NCBI GenBank assembly: GCA_033762715.1
Contig: JANRLL010000001.1
Span: 96,315-160,314 of the forward strand
Direction: 5' to 3'
DNA length: 64,000 nucleotides
Source: Rickettsiales bacterium
GTDB taxonomy: Bacteria > Pseudomonadota > Alphaproteobacteria > Rickettsiales > SXRF01
Each line of letters begins with the position of its first letter. Position 1 is the stretch's first letter. The position numbers were made by a program, and so were the translations under genes. Positions 38,143 through 48,354 of the stretch are shown in pieces. Below the pieces are notes generated by a model. It did not search any database and was not told where the DNA came from. It was given only the letters and a program-made list of their open reading frames with translations.

Positions 38143-38171
38143 TTGACTTGCCCATAAAATACCAATAATCT
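38143..38171 (+). promoter_or_regulatory. Putative dcw/mraZ promoter (Pmra-like)
   Basis: TTGACT (38143-38148), a 17-nt spacer, then TAATCT (38166-38171), 45 nt upstream of the mraZ ATG. Confidence 0.5.
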
Positions 38172-38195
38172 CCCATCTAAACCCATAACTACCCA
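38172..38195 (+). promoter_or_regulatory. Three CCCA (TGGG on the other strand) repeats at exactly 10-bp spacing; candidate MraZ operator
   Basis: CCCA at 38172, 38182 and 38192 (CCCATCTAAA CCCATAACTA CCCAAGC), between the putative -10 and the mraZ start. Confidence 0.45.
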
Positions 38196-38215
38196 AGCAA
38201 ACAGGTATCGAGCGG

Positions 38216-38665
38216 ATGCTGTTTTTATCCACCTTTCACAACCGTATCGACAAAAAGGGACGCATTTCGATTCCAGCTCCTTTTCGCGCGGTTTTGGCGG
38301 TGCAGGATTTTGCCGGCATTGTTGCGTACGGCTCACCGGTCAATCCCTGTGTGGAAGCCTGCGGCATGCAGCGCATTCATAAACTCAATCAACGCATCGA
38401 GCGCTTCGACCCCTATTCGGAAGAGCGCGATGCTTTTGCCACCACCATTTTCGGTGAAAGCGTGCAACTGGCCTTTGATACGGAAGGTCGCGTCATGCTG
38501 CCGGATGCCTTGCTGAAGGCGGCCAAACTCACCGAGCAGGCCACCATCGTCGGCAAAGGGGAAATTTTTGAAATCTGGGAACCGAAAAGCTTCGAACAAC
38601 ATGTGAAACGTGCGCGTGAATTGGTGCGCGAAAAACGCTTCCAGCTGAAGGGAGATGCGCAATGA
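38216..38665 (+). CDS. mraZ: Transcriptional regulator MraZ
   Basis: 149 aa with two SpoVT/AbrB-like halves (DKKGRISIPAPFR and TEGRVMLPDAL). Confidence 0.95.
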   Translation: MLFLSTFHNRIDKKGRISIPAPFRAVLAVQDFAGIVAYGSPVNPCVEACGMQRIHKLNQRIERFDPYSEERDAFATTIFGESVQLAFDTEGRVMLPDALLKAAKLTEQATIVGKGEIFEIWEPKSFEQHVKRARELVREKRFQLKGDAQ

Positions 38666-39603
38666 CCGAACACGCTCCCGTGATGTTGCATGAAATGATC
38701 GATTGGCTGAATCCAAAAGATAGCGGCACCTATATCGATGGCACCTTTGGCGCCGGCGGCTATAGCCGCGCGATCCTGTCATCGGCGAATTGCCGTGTGT
38801 TTGCGATTGATCGCGATCCTTCCACGCGCCGCTTTGCTGAAAAGTTGGAGCAAGAATTTCCAGGCCGTTTCATTTGGCTGCTCGGTAATTTTTCCGATAT
38901 GTGCTCGCTGGTTGCGATTCACGGTGTGCGTATGGTTGATGGCATTGTGCTGGATCTGGGCGTGTCGTCCATGCAGCTTGATCAGGCCGATCGCGGTTTC
39001 TCGTTCCGCCAGGACGGCCCGCTTGATATGCGTATGTCGCAGCAAGGCATCAGCGTTGCCGATATTGTCAATCAGCTGGATGAGCGCGAACTGGCCGATA
39101 TTTTGTACCAATTCGGCGAAGAAAAACAATCGCGCCGCATCGCCAAAGCCATTATCGCCGCGCGCGGCACCGCGCCGATTGCTACGACCCGTCAACTCGC
39201 TGAAATCATTCGCTCTACGCTGGGCATCAAGCCTGGCAGCAAAGTGGATCCGGCGACGCGCAGTTTCCAAGCGCTACGTATTCACGTGAACCAAGAATTG
39301 GACTCGATCGAAGGTGGGCTTAAAGAAGCAGAAACCCTACTGGCGCCTGGTGGCAAGCTGGTAGTGGTGACGTTTCATTCCCTCGAAGATCGCATTGCCA
39401 AACAATTTATCTACTCCCGTTGCGGTAGATCTGGGGAGCCTTCACGCCATATGCCTCAACAGCATGGGCAGGAGGCTCCCGCTTTTTTCATGCCGCAGCC
39501 AGCCAAGAAAAAAGCCTCCGCGTTGGAAGTCGAACATAATCCCCGCTCGCGTTCTGCCACTATGCGTATGATGGAGCGTGCAGCATTGGAAACACAAAGT
39601 TAG
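38662..39603 (+). CDS. rsmH: 16S rRNA (cytosine1402-N4)-methyltransferase
   Basis: HAPVMLHEMIDWL, DGTFGAGGYS, SFHSLEDRI-type motifs. The start overlaps the mraZ stop. Confidence 0.95.
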   Translation: MTEHAPVMLHEMIDWLNPKDSGTYIDGTFGAGGYSRAILSSANCRVFAIDRDPSTRRFAEKLEQEFPGRFIWLLGNFSDMCSLVAIHGVRMVDGIVLDLGVSSMQLDQADRGFSFRQDGPLDMRMSQQGISVADIVNQLDERELADILYQFGEEKQSRRIAKAIIAARGTAPIATTRQLAEIIRSTLGIKPGSKVDPATRSFQALRIHVNQELDSIEGGLKEAETLLAPGGKLVVVTFHSLEDRIAKQFIYSRCGRSGEPSRHMPQQHGQEAPAFFMPQPAKKKASALEVEHNPRSRSATMRMMERAALETQS

Positions 39604-39605
39604 CC

Positions 39606-39962
39606 ATGGCTCGCATTTCAACAATAGTGTGGTTGCTGATTATCGTGGTGGCCACGTTCTCTCTGTATTTAGTGAAATATCAAGTGCATGCGATTCGGCA
39701 GCAAATCACTGATATCTCTAAACAGTTGGAAGTAGAAAAAGAAGGGCTGCATGTGGTGGCGGCCGAATGGGCGTATCTCAATCGCCCGCAGCGCTTGCAA
39801 AATTTATCCAGCAAATATCTAGGCAATACGGGCCTCACCGTCGATCGCGTGGCCGATCTTGAAGCCATTCCTTTCTCGGCAACCCTGGCGCAAAAAACGG
39901 AAAAAAGTCTGGTGCAGCCGGTGTCGGCTAAAGTGGATCCAGAGGTGGGAGATCAGGAGTGA
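39606..39962 (+). CDS. ftsL: Cell division protein FtsL (alphaproteobacterial type)
   Basis: 118 aa. One N-terminal TM helix (IVWLLIIVVATFSLYLV), then a coiled coil and the EWAYLNRPQRL motif. Positioned between rsmH and ftsI. Confidence 0.8.
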   Translation: MARISTIVWLLIIVVATFSLYLVKYQVHAIRQQITDISKQLEVEKEGLHVVAAEWAYLNRPQRLQNLSSKYLGNTGLTVDRVADLEAIPFSATLAQKTEKSLVQPVSAKVDPEVGDQE

Positions 39963-41746
39963 GCCGCACTACCCGTAAAGTTATCGTCAAGGAAAGTACC
40001 AGTCGTAAAATCATCGAACAAAGCCGTGTCCGCCTGCTGTGCGTGAGTTTGTTTTTTACGCTCTGCTACGGCAGCATCGGCTACCGCATGGTGGAAGTGG
40101 CGGTGCTTCAACACCCGCACAAGGAAACCATTTTAGTCAGCGATTCCGATAGCGATGATAAGGGCCAATCAATCGAAGTAGGCGCTTCGGAGCGCGTGTT
40201 GCAGCGAGGCAATATCGTCGATCGCAATGGCATGTTGCTGGCGACCAGCTTGATTACCGCATCTGCTTTTGCCAACCCCAAAGAAATTAGCGACCTGGAT
40301 GATGCCACCAAAAAATTGGCGCAGGTGTTGGGGCTCGATGCCGCGCAATTAGCCAAGCGCATGGGGGGCGGCAAATCCTTCGTGTGGATCAAACGTAACT
40401 TAACGCCGCGTGAGCAGCAGGCGGCCAATAGCTTGGGCATTCCTGGCGTCTATTTTCTGCCGGAAGAAAAGCGGGTCTACCCGTACGGCAATATGCTGTC
40501 GCATGTGCTGGGCTATGTTGGGTTAGACAATAAAGGCTTAGCTGGAATTGAGAAATATTTTGATCGTGATTTGCGCGATACGGTGAATAATCGTGATAAC
40601 CTGACGCTGTCGGTTGATGTGCGGTTGCAGGCGATTATGTATGAAGAGGTCAAGCGCGCTATGGAGGAATTCAAGGCGATTGGCGCGATGGGCGTGATTA
40701 TGGATTTGCGCAATGATGAGGTGCTCTCCATGGTGTCGTTGCCTGATTTCAACCCCAATAAAATGGGCAAAGCGGAAGATCAGGCGCGCTTTAATCGCGT
40801 GACGCTTGGTGTCTATGAAATGGGTTCAACCTTCAAAAGCTTTACCATGGCGCTTGGTTTGGATTCGGGCAAAGTCAACATGAGCAGCGGTTATGACGCC
40901 ACTAACCCGCTTAAAATTTCCACCTTCACCATTCAAGACACCCACCCGCAAAAGCGCTGGTTGTCCGTGCCGGAAATCTATACCTACTCGTCTAATATCG
41001 GCACGGCCAAGATGGCGCTGGATATTGGCGGTGCTAAGCAAAAAGCCTTTCTGGAAAAGCTCGGCATGATGAAGCCGATTGATATTGAGCTGCCCGAAAG
41101 AGGCGTGCCGCAATTTCCATCGGAATGGAAAGAAATCAATACGGTGACTATTTCCTACGGTCATGGCATTTCGGTGACGCCGCTGCATCTGGTGCGTGGC
41201 ATTGCCGCGCTGGTCAATGGGGGGGTATTGCCGCATATGACTTTGATCAAAGATGGCAATAAAGACAAGGACGATAAAGAGCGTATCGTCAGCGAAAAAA
41301 CCTCGCAGAATATTCGCCGCCTCATGCGGTTGGTGGTGGATCATGGCACTGGCAGTAAGGCGGATGTCGCCGGTTATCGCCTGGGCGGGAAAACCGGCAC
41401 GGCCGAAAAAATTCAAGGCGGCGGCAAATATGATAAAGATGCAAAAGTGACGTCATTCATCGCCACTTTTCCCGTCGATCACCCGCGCTATGTGGTATTG
41501 GTGATGGTCGATGAACCCAAGGGTAACAAAGCCACTTACGGCTATGCGACTGGTGGCTGGGTGGCAGCGCCGGTGGTGGGCAATATCGTAAGCCGCATGG
41601 GTCCGCTGGTGGGCTTGCGTCCGGCCTTTGATGTGCCGGAAGATGATGCGGAAAAATTCTGGGTCGATGTGGGCGGCAAACCCAAAACCCAAACGGCTTC
41701 GGCAAAACCCCTTCCTAAGTACTATATTCATGCGGCATCTTATTGA
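39959..41746 (+). CDS. ftsI: Peptidoglycan D,D-transpeptidase FtsI (PBP3)
   Basis: 595 aa. Active-site GSTFKSFT, plus the YSSN and KTGTA motifs. GTG start overlaps the ftsL stop. Confidence 0.93.
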   Translation: MSRTTRKVIVKESTSRKIIEQSRVRLLCVSLFFTLCYGSIGYRMVEVAVLQHPHKETILVSDSDSDDKGQSIEVGASERVLQRGNIVDRNGMLLATSLITASAFANPKEISDLDDATKKLAQVLGLDAAQLAKRMGGGKSFVWIKRNLTPREQQAANSLGIPGVYFLPEEKRVYPYGNMLSHVLGYVGLDNKGLAGIEKYFDRDLRDTVNNRDNLTLSVDVRLQAIMYEEVKRAMEEFKAIGAMGVIMDLRNDEVLSMVSLPDFNPNKMGKAEDQARFNRVTLGVYEMGSTFKSFTMALGLDSGKVNMSSGYDATNPLKISTFTIQDTHPQKRWLSVPEIYTYSSNIGTAKMALDIGGAKQKAFLEKLGMMKPIDIELPERGVPQFPSEWKEINTVTISYGHGISVTPLHLVRGIAALVNGGVLPHMTLIKDGNKDKDDKERIVSEKTSQNIRRLMRLVVDHGTGSKADVAGYRLGGKTGTAEKIQGGGKYDKDAKVTSFIATFPVDHPRYVVLVMVDEPKGNKATYGYATGGWVAAPVVGNIVSRMGPLVGLRPAFDVPEDDAEKFWVDVGGKPKTQTASAKPLPKYYIHAASY

Positions 41747-43208
41747 TTTAATACGGGCAGTGCCGGAAGCGCTTTCTTATCCAGAGGAAGCAGCCAATCT
41801 GCCAGTCACGAGCATTACTGCTGATTCCAGGCGCGTGACCAAAGGCAGCTTATTTGCGGCACTTAAAGGAACCAAAACCGATGGCACCGCTTTTATCGAG
41901 GATGTTAAAGTAGCTGGTGCGGCAGCCGTATTATGCGATCAATCAGCAACCATTGATGCAAAAGGCATTGCCTTAATCCGCAGCCATAATCCACGCAAAG
42001 CGCTTGCGCATATGGCGGCGGCATTTTATGCGCGCCAGCCCGAGCATATCGTGGCCATTACCGGCACGGACGGTAAAACCTCCACCGCCGATTTTTTCCG
42101 TCAATTTTGTTATCATAACGATCGCAACGCCGCCTCGGTTGGCACGCTGGGCGTATTGGTGGGTGACGGCGAAGAGCTGCATGCCGGCTCGCACACCACG
42201 CCCGATGCGGTGGATTTGCATAAGATGCTAGCGGAAATGACGGCGCATGAGATTACCCATGTATCGATCGAAGCATCCAGTCATGGGCTGGATCAGTCGC
42301 GCCTCGATGGGGTGCGTTTTCAAGCGGGTGCCTTTACCAATATCGCGCGTGATCATCTTGATTATCACCACACGGAAGAAAATTATTTCAACGCTAAAGC
42401 GCGGCTGTTTGCAGAAGTGTTGCCGAAAGGCGCAACGGCGGTCATCAATCAGGATGATGTGCGGTTTGATGCTTTGGCGGCCATTTGTAAGCAACGCGAT
42501 TTGCGCGTGCTGGGTTACGGCAAGCAGGGTAAGGATTTGCAGGTGCTTTCCATTACGCCGCAGCCCGATGGCCAGCTTACGAACCTGCGCTTGATGGGCA
42601 AAGAATATCGCCTGCGCATACCGGTAGTGGGTGGCTTTCAGGTGATGAATATTTTAGCCGCTATCGGGCTTGCGATGGGCACCGGTATGACCATTGAAGA
42701 ATTGCTGGAATTCGTGCCGGAGCTCAAAGGTGTGCCTGGGCGTTTGCAGCTGGCGGTACGGCATGCGAATGGTGCGGCGGTCTATGTGGATTATGCACAT
42801 ACACCAATGGCGCTTGCCAATATTTTGCAAACGCTCAAACCGCATACGCAAGGCAAGTTACGCGTGGTGTTTGGCTGCGGCGGTGACCGCGATACCGGCA
42901 AACGCAGCGAAATGGGAAAGGCTGCGTGCGAGCTGGCCGATGATGTGATTGTCACCGATGATAATCCGCGCACCGAAAACCCAGCGCTGATTCGCCAGGC
43001 GATTTTATCGGGTTGCGCGAAAGCCAAAGAAGTAGCCGATCGGCGTGAAGCGATTTATGTAGCGCTGCGCCGGCTTGAGCCAGGCGATGTATTGGTGCTT
43101 GCAGGTAAGGGGCATGAAAAAACCCAGATCATCGGCAATAAGGTGTTGCCGTTTGACGACGTGGAGGTTGCGCGCCAATGCGCTAAGGAGCTGAAGCTAT
43201 CCGCATGA
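41730..43208 (+). CDS. murE: UDP-N-acetylmuramoyl-L-alanyl-D-glutamate--2,6-diaminopimelate ligase
   Basis: ITADSRRVTKGSLFAAL, GTDGKTST, DNPR motifs. Start placed at MRHLIDL (ATG 41730); the track extension lies inside ftsI. Confidence 0.93.
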   Translation: MRHLIDLIRAVPEALSYPEEAANLPVTSITADSRRVTKGSLFAALKGTKTDGTAFIEDVKVAGAAAVLCDQSATIDAKGIALIRSHNPRKALAHMAAAFYARQPEHIVAITGTDGKTSTADFFRQFCYHNDRNAASVGTLGVLVGDGEELHAGSHTTPDAVDLHKMLAEMTAHEITHVSIEASSHGLDQSRLDGVRFQAGAFTNIARDHLDYHHTEENYFNAKARLFAEVLPKGATAVINQDDVRFDALAAICKQRDLRVLGYGKQGKDLQVLSITPQPDGQLTNLRLMGKEYRLRIPVVGGFQVMNILAAIGLAMGTGMTIEELLEFVPELKGVPGRLQLAVRHANGAAVYVDYAHTPMALANILQTLKPHTQGKLRVVFGCGGDRDTGKRSEMGKAACELADDVIVTDDNPRTENPALIRQAILSGCAKAKEVADRREAIYVALRRLEPGDVLVLAGKGHEKTQIIGNKVLPFDDVEVARQCAKELKLSA

Positions 43209-44560
43209 GCCTATGGACCCATAACGACGCAAGTGAGGCAACCGGCGGGCATAGCTCGAAACCTTGGAATGCCATGCGGGTGGAAATTGATAGCCGCAAG
43301 ATCAAACCAGGTGATTTATTTGTGGCGATCGTAGGCGAACATATGGACGGCCACCAATTCGCGGCGCAAGCGCTGGAAAAAGGGGCCGCGGCGGTCGTAA
43401 TCAGCCATACACCGGAAAACCTACCCGCACAGGCGCCGTTCCTTCTGGTAGAGGACACGCTCAAAGCCCTGGAGGCCTTGGGCCGCTTTGCACGCAAACG
43501 CACCCGCGCCAAGGTGGTGGGTGTGACGGGCAGTGTCGGCAAAACCAGCACGCGCGAGATGATTCGCTTAGGCTTATCGGCGCATGGCAGCACCTATGCG
43601 ACGAGCGGTAATTACAATAACCATATCGGCACCCCGCTGACGCTTGCTAATATGCCGATGGATGTGGATTTTGCCGTGTTTGAAATGGGCATGAATCATG
43701 GGGGTGAAATCGCGCAACTAACCCAACAAGTGCATCCTGATATTGCCGTCATCACCAATGTGGAATCGGTGCATCTGGAATTTTTTACCTCTGAGCAACA
43801 GATCGCAGAAGCCAAAGCCGAAATTTTTGAAAGCATGACCGCAGGCAGTGTGGCTGTGCTCAACCGTGATAATCGTTGGTTCGATGCGTTAGCTGCGGCT
43901 GCGCACCGCCGTGAATTACAAGTGATAGGTGTGGGCGAACATCCCAATGCGCAGCTACGCCTGATTAGCTATCAGGCGGGGCAATCTACGATGAAGGTGG
44001 ATGCTGCAACCATTGAATTATCATTAGCGGCCATGGGCAAGCATTGGGCGTATGGCGCGATGATGGCGTTGGCGGTGGCCAAAGTACTGAAGCTGGATGT
44101 AACTAAAACAACAAAAGCGCTTTCCCAATTTCGTGAGGTAGCAGGGCGCGGTGCTATGCAGCTGCTTAAAAGCGGCGCCTATCTCATCGACGATAGCTAT
44201 AACGCAAGCCCTGCATCCATGCGCGCTGCATTTGCCAAACTGGCCGAACTCGAGCGCAAAGGGCGCCTATGGGTGGCGTTGGGCGATATGCTGGAGTTGG
44301 GAAAAGAAGGCCCTCGCTTGCACGGCGAGCTTGCTGTGGATTTGACCGCAGCCCGGGTAGATGGTGTCTTTACCGCAGGCACACTCATGCAACATCTGCA
44401 CCGTGCTTTGCCGGAAGCGATTCGCAAAAACCAGGTGGCAAAAGCGATCGAATTGTTGCCTATTTTAACAGACCATCTACAACAAGGTGACATCCTGTTG
44501 GTGAAGGGCTCGCATGGGAGCCATATGTACCAGCTGGCACAGGCATTAAAGGAAGCATAA
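43205..44560 (+). CDS. murF: UDP-N-acetylmuramoyl-tripeptide--D-alanyl-D-alanine ligase
   Basis: 451 aa: [23 protein letters not shown]. Confidence 0.93.
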   Translation: MSLWTHNDASEATGGHSSKPWNAMRVEIDSRKIKPGDLFVAIVGEHMDGHQFAAQALEKGAAAVVISHTPENLPAQAPFLLVEDTLKALEALGRFARKRTRAKVVGVTGSVGKTSTREMIRLGLSAHGSTYATSGNYNNHIGTPLTLANMPMDVDFAVFEMGMNHGGEIAQLTQQVHPDIAVITNVESVHLEFFTSEQQIAEAKAEIFESMTAGSVAVLNRDNRWFDALAAAAHRRELQVIGVGEHPNAQLRLISYQAGQSTMKVDAATIELSLAAMGKHWAYGAMMALAVAKVLKLDVTKTTKALSQFREVAGRGAMQLLKSGAYLIDDSYNASPASMRAAFAKLAELERKGRLWVALGDMLELGKEGPRLHGELAVDLTAARVDGVFTAGTLMQHLHRALPEAIRKNQVAKAIELLPILTDHLQQGDILLVKGSHGSHMYQLAQALKEA

Positions 44561-44561
44561 C

Positions 44562-45641
44562 GTGTTATATAATTTATTGGCGCAGCATGATTCGATCTTC
44601 AATATTTTTCGCTACATCACCTTTCGTAGCGGCGCGGCCGTGTTTACGGCGCTTATTTTAAGCTTCTATTTTGGTCCTAAAATCATTCGCTGGCTGAAAT
44701 CCAAACAAGCCGAAGGTCAACCCATCCGCAGTGACGGGCCTGAGTCGCATCTGACCACCAAAAAAGGCACGCCGACCATGGGCGGCGTAATGATTTTATT
44801 GTCTGTCTGTTTGTCGACGGTTTTGTGGGCCGATTTATCCAATCCCTATATCTGGATTATTTTGATGGCGACCCTGGGTTTTGGCGCGGTGGGATTTGTT
44901 GATGATTATTTAAAACTCACCAAGCGCAACAGCAAAGGGCTTTCCTCACGCAAAAAAATGCTGGCGCTTTCGCTGGTGTCGGTAGCAACCGCACTGCTGA
45001 TTATGAAGGCAGGTCCGGTTGGCATGCAGCATCATGTGGCAGTGCCGTTCTTTAAAGATATCATGATCGATGCCGGACTTTTTTATATTCCCTTCGTGCT
45101 GATCGTCATGGTGGGATCGTCGAATGCAGTCAACCTGACCGACGGTCTAGACGGGCTTGCCATTGTGCCGATTATGATTGTGGCGGGATGTTTTTCGCTG
45201 ATTACGTATTTGGTGGGCAATACCGTCTTTGCTAATTATCTGCAGCTGCATTACATCCCAGGCGCGGGTGAGCTTGCCGTGTTCTGCTCGGCTTTGGTCG
45301 GCAGCAGTCTTGGTTTCTTATGGTTTAATGCGCCGCCAGCGAAAGTCTTCATGGGCGATACCGGAAGTTTGGCTTTTGGTGGGGCGTTAGGTGCAATCAG
45401 CGTGGCGACCAAACATGAATTTGTGTTGGCGATCATAGGCGGATTGTTTGTAATGGAAGCGGTATCGGTGATTATGCAAGTGGCATCGTTCAAGCTCACC
45501 GGTAAACGTATTTTCCGTATGGCACCGATTCATCATCATTATGAAAAATTAGGCTGGAGCGAACCGACCATCGTGATTCGCTTCTGGATTATTGCCTGTA
45601 TATTTGCATTGATCGGCCTTTCGACGTTAAAGCTAAGATGA
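44562..45641 (+). CDS. mraY: Phospho-N-acetylmuramoyl-pentapeptide transferase
   Basis: 359 aa: [31 protein letters not shown] start. Confidence 0.95.
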   Translation: MLYNLLAQHDSIFNIFRYITFRSGAAVFTALILSFYFGPKIIRWLKSKQAEGQPIRSDGPESHLTTKKGTPTMGGVMILLSVCLSTVLWADLSNPYIWIILMATLGFGAVGFVDDYLKLTKRNSKGLSSRKKMLALSLVSVATALLIMKAGPVGMQHHVAVPFFKDIMIDAGLFYIPFVLIVMVGSSNAVNLTDGLDGLAIVPIMIVAGCFSLITYLVGNTVFANYLQLHYIPGAGELAVFCSALVGSSLGFLWFNAPPAKVFMGDTGSLAFGGALGAISVATKHEFVLAIIGGLFVMEAVSVIMQVASFKLTGKRIFRMAPIHHHYEKLGWSEPTIVIRFWIIACIFALIGLSTLKLR

Positions 45642-47017
45642 TTACCGTCAGCGCGTATAATCAAAAAGCCGTAGGGGTATTTGGCCTGGGTAAAGCAGGC
45701 GAGGCGACCATTGCTGCATTGGTGGCAGGTGGTGCAAAAATTTATGCCTGGGATGATAATGATGCCTCACGCGCTGCTGCTGAAAAAAGCTATGGCTCGC
45801 GTATTCAGCTGCTGCCGTATGAGAGTTGGCCTTGGGCCGAGTTGCAAGCCTTGGTGCTAAGCCCTGGCGTGCCACTGACGCATCCGGCGCCGCACGGGGT
45901 GGTGGCCTTGGCGCATCGTCATCAGCGCCCGGTGATTGGTGATATTGAATTACTGTATCAGGCACAACCGGAGGCGCGTTATATCGTCATTACCGGCACT
46001 AACGGCAAATCAACGACGACGACTTTGATTGGTCATATTTTAAAAACCGCCGGTATGAGTGTGCAAGTTGGTGGTAATTTAGGCACGGCAGCACTAGCAC
46101 TGGAGCCGCTCGGCAAAGACGGCGTCTATGTGATCGAAGCCTCGTCCTATCAGCTGGATCTACTTGCCAGCACGCATTTTGATGTGGCTGTGTTTTTAAA
46201 TATTACGCCCGATCACTTGGATCGTCATGGTTCGATGGAAGGCTATATCGCGGCTAAAATGCATATCTTTGATCGCCAGACCAAAGACGATGTGGCGGTG
46301 ATTGCGGTAGATGATGACTATACGCGGCGCATCGCAGCAGAACTATCGCAGGCGCATCTGGTGCCCGTCTCGGCGCATCAGCCTGTGAAGCAAGGCGTGT
46401 ATGTGGAAGAGGGCGTGTTGATCGATGGCAAAAAACGTTATGATATCAGCCAGATTGCAACCCTCACCGGACGCCATAATTGGCAAAATGCAGCCGTAGC
46501 GTATAGTGCTGCGCGCGCAGTAGGCATCGAGCCAGAAGTGATTTACCGTGCGATGCAAAGTTTCGGCGGGCTCAGGCACCGGTTGCAAGGAGTGGCGACC
46601 ATTCGCGGCGTGCGCTTTATCAATGATAGCAAAGCCACCAACGCCGATGCGACGCGCAATGCGCTTGATCCCTTTGAATCGATTTATTGGATTTTAGGCG
46701 GCAAATCGAAAGCTGGCGGCATCGAGTCGCTTACCTCCTATTTACCCAAGATTGCGCATGCGTTTTTGATTGGTGCGGCCAGTGATGAATTCGCACAAAC
46801 ACTGGAAGGAAAAGTACCCTATACGCGTTGCGGCACGTTGGCGGTTGCGGTGGATAAGGCCGCTGCTATGGCCTGGAAAGATGGCAAGAAAGATGCGGTC
46901 GTGCTGCTGTCGCCGGCCTGTGCGTCGTTTGATCAATGGAAAAGTTTTGAACAGCGCGGCGATGCGTTTTGCGACATGGTTGCTGCTTTAGAAGGTAAAG
47001 CCAAACATGCGTCTTGA
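45638..47017 (+). CDS. murD: UDP-N-acetylmuramoylalanine--D-glutamate ligase
   Basis: 459 aa: [15 protein letters not shown]. Confidence 0.95.
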   Translation: MITVSAYNQKAVGVFGLGKAGEATIAALVAGGAKIYAWDDNDASRAAAEKSYGSRIQLLPYESWPWAELQALVLSPGVPLTHPAPHGVVALAHRHQRPVIGDIELLYQAQPEARYIVITGTNGKSTTTTLIGHILKTAGMSVQVGGNLGTAALALEPLGKDGVYVIEASSYQLDLLASTHFDVAVFLNITPDHLDRHGSMEGYIAAKMHIFDRQTKDDVAVIAVDDDYTRRIAAELSQAHLVPVSAHQPVKQGVYVEEGVLIDGKKRYDISQIATLTGRHNWQNAAVAYSAARAVGIEPEVIYRAMQSFGGLRHRLQGVATIRGVRFINDSKATNADATRNALDPFESIYWILGGKSKAGGIESLTSYLPKIAHAFLIGAASDEFAQTLEGKVPYTRCGTLAVAVDKAAAMAWKDGKKDAVVLLSPACASFDQWKSFEQRGDAFCDMVAALEGKAKHAS

Positions 47018-48122
47018 TCGCACAAATACATCGGTGATTGGCCGGTGGTGGTGGACGATCGATCGCTTGAATCTATTTGCCCTGCTGATTCTGATTGCGG
47101 TGGGTTCGATCCTGGTTACCGCTGGCTCTCCGCCGGTTGCCAAGCGACTTAATCTACCGGATTTTTATTTTGTCTATCGTCATTATGTGTTTCTTGCCAT
47201 GGGTATTGTGGTGATGATGGCGGTGTCGATGCTTTCCAACGTTGCTATGCGGCGCTTAGCGGTTATCGGCTTTTGCGCCAGCATACTTCTGATGGCGCTG
47301 GTGCCTATCATCGGCATGGAAACCAAAGGCGCGCGCCGTTGGATAGATATTGCCGGATTTTCCATTCAGCCATCCGAATTTATGAAGCCGTGCTTTGCCA
47401 TTGTGATGGCGTGGATTTGCGCAGAAAACCAACGGCGGGTGGATTTCCCCGGCTACCGCCTGGCCATTGGGCTTTATGTGGTGACCGTGCTGCTGCTGCT
47501 GGTGCAGCCGGATTTCGGCATGACGCTTACGGTGTCGACCATGTGGGGCATTCAGCTGTTTTTAGCGGGCCTGCCGATGTTTTGGGTAATGATGATTGGT
47601 TGCCTGGGCATTGCCGGGTTGTTTGGCGCCTATCATTTTTTCCCGCACGTGGCCAAGCGCATCGATGGATTCCTAGATCCGTCTGCCGGTGATAATTACC
47701 AAATCGCCCGATCGCTTGAAGCCTTTCGCCAAGGCGGCATCATTGGTCGTGGGCCAGGCGAGGGCGAGGTGAAGCATTCGCTGCCCGATTCGCATACGGA
47801 TTTTATTTTCGCAGTGGCCGGTGAAGAATTCGGCGTGATTTTCTGCATGATTATCGTGGGGTTATTTGCCTTCATCGTGCTGCGCGGCATCCACCGCATC
47901 TGGAAAGAAAACGATCTCTATGTGGTGCTGGCGGTTGCAGGTGTGCTGGTGCAGTTTGGCATTCAATCCATCATCAATATGGGGGTGGCGGTGAAGCTGT
48001 TGCCAGCCAAAGGCATGACGCTGCCCTTCCTGAGCTATGGTGGTTCATCGGTGATTGCGATTGCCTTGGGCATGGGGTTCATGCTGTGTTTAACTAGGAG
48101 GCGTTATGGAGCTGTTCGGTAG
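47007..48122 (+). CDS. ftsW: Peptidoglycan glycosyltransferase FtsW (SEDS family)
   Basis: 371 aa polytopic protein: QPSEFMKP, PDSHTDFIF, GMTLPFLSYGGSS. Confidence 0.93.
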   Translation: MRLDRTNTSVIGRWWWTIDRLNLFALLILIAVGSILVTAGSPPVAKRLNLPDFYFVYRHYVFLAMGIVVMMAVSMLSNVAMRRLAVIGFCASILLMALVPIIGMETKGARRWIDIAGFSIQPSEFMKPCFAIVMAWICAENQRRVDFPGYRLAIGLYVVTVLLLLVQPDFGMTLTVSTMWGIQLFLAGLPMFWVMMIGCLGIAGLFGAYHFFPHVAKRIDGFLDPSAGDNYQIARSLEAFRQGGIIGRGPGEGEVKHSLPDSHTDFIFAVAGEEFGVIFCMIIVGLFAFIVLRGIHRIWKENDLYVVLAVAGVLVQFGIQSIINMGVAVKLLPAKGMTLPFLSYGGSSVIAIALGMGFMLCLTRRRYGAVR

Positions 48123-48351
48123 TCTGATAGGCATTGCCGGCACGCTCTGTTTCTTAAGCGCTTATTTCCTGCTGCAATATGGCAAGTTGTTGCATACTGG
48201 TCTTGCCTATCTTGGCCTTAATTTGGCCGGCGCCATTCTCCTGATGATCTCCTTGTCCATCGATTGGAATTTGCCTGCATTTCTGCTTGAAGCAGCGTGG
48301 GCATTGATTAGTATATACGGCATCTATAAGTACCATTCTACCAAGAGCTAG
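48106..48351 (+). CDS. Small three-helix membrane protein embedded in the dcw cluster
   Basis: 81 aa. Strong SD AGGAGG (48096-48101) 4 nt before ATG 48106. Overlaps the ftsW 3' end by 17 nt and ends 3 nt before murG. Three hydrophobic helices. Confidence 0.7.
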   Translation: MELFGSLIGIAGTLCFLSAYFLLQYGKLLHTGLAYLGLNLAGAILLMISLSIDWNLPAFLLEAAWALISIYGIYKYHSTKS

Positions 48352-48354
48352 TGA

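Noticed and set aside
41628-41729. N-terminal extensions offered by the ORF track for murE, prs (to 6047), rluD (to 33626), ftsZ (from 55022), ftsQ (from 52736), hldD (from 12607), phasin (to 10818), the zeta protein (to 21156), FTR1 (to 28979) and grxD (from 30147).
   Set aside because: The extensions overlap upstream genes or lack SD sequences. Internal starts give N-termini matching the conserved family starts and have SD sequences at proper spacing.
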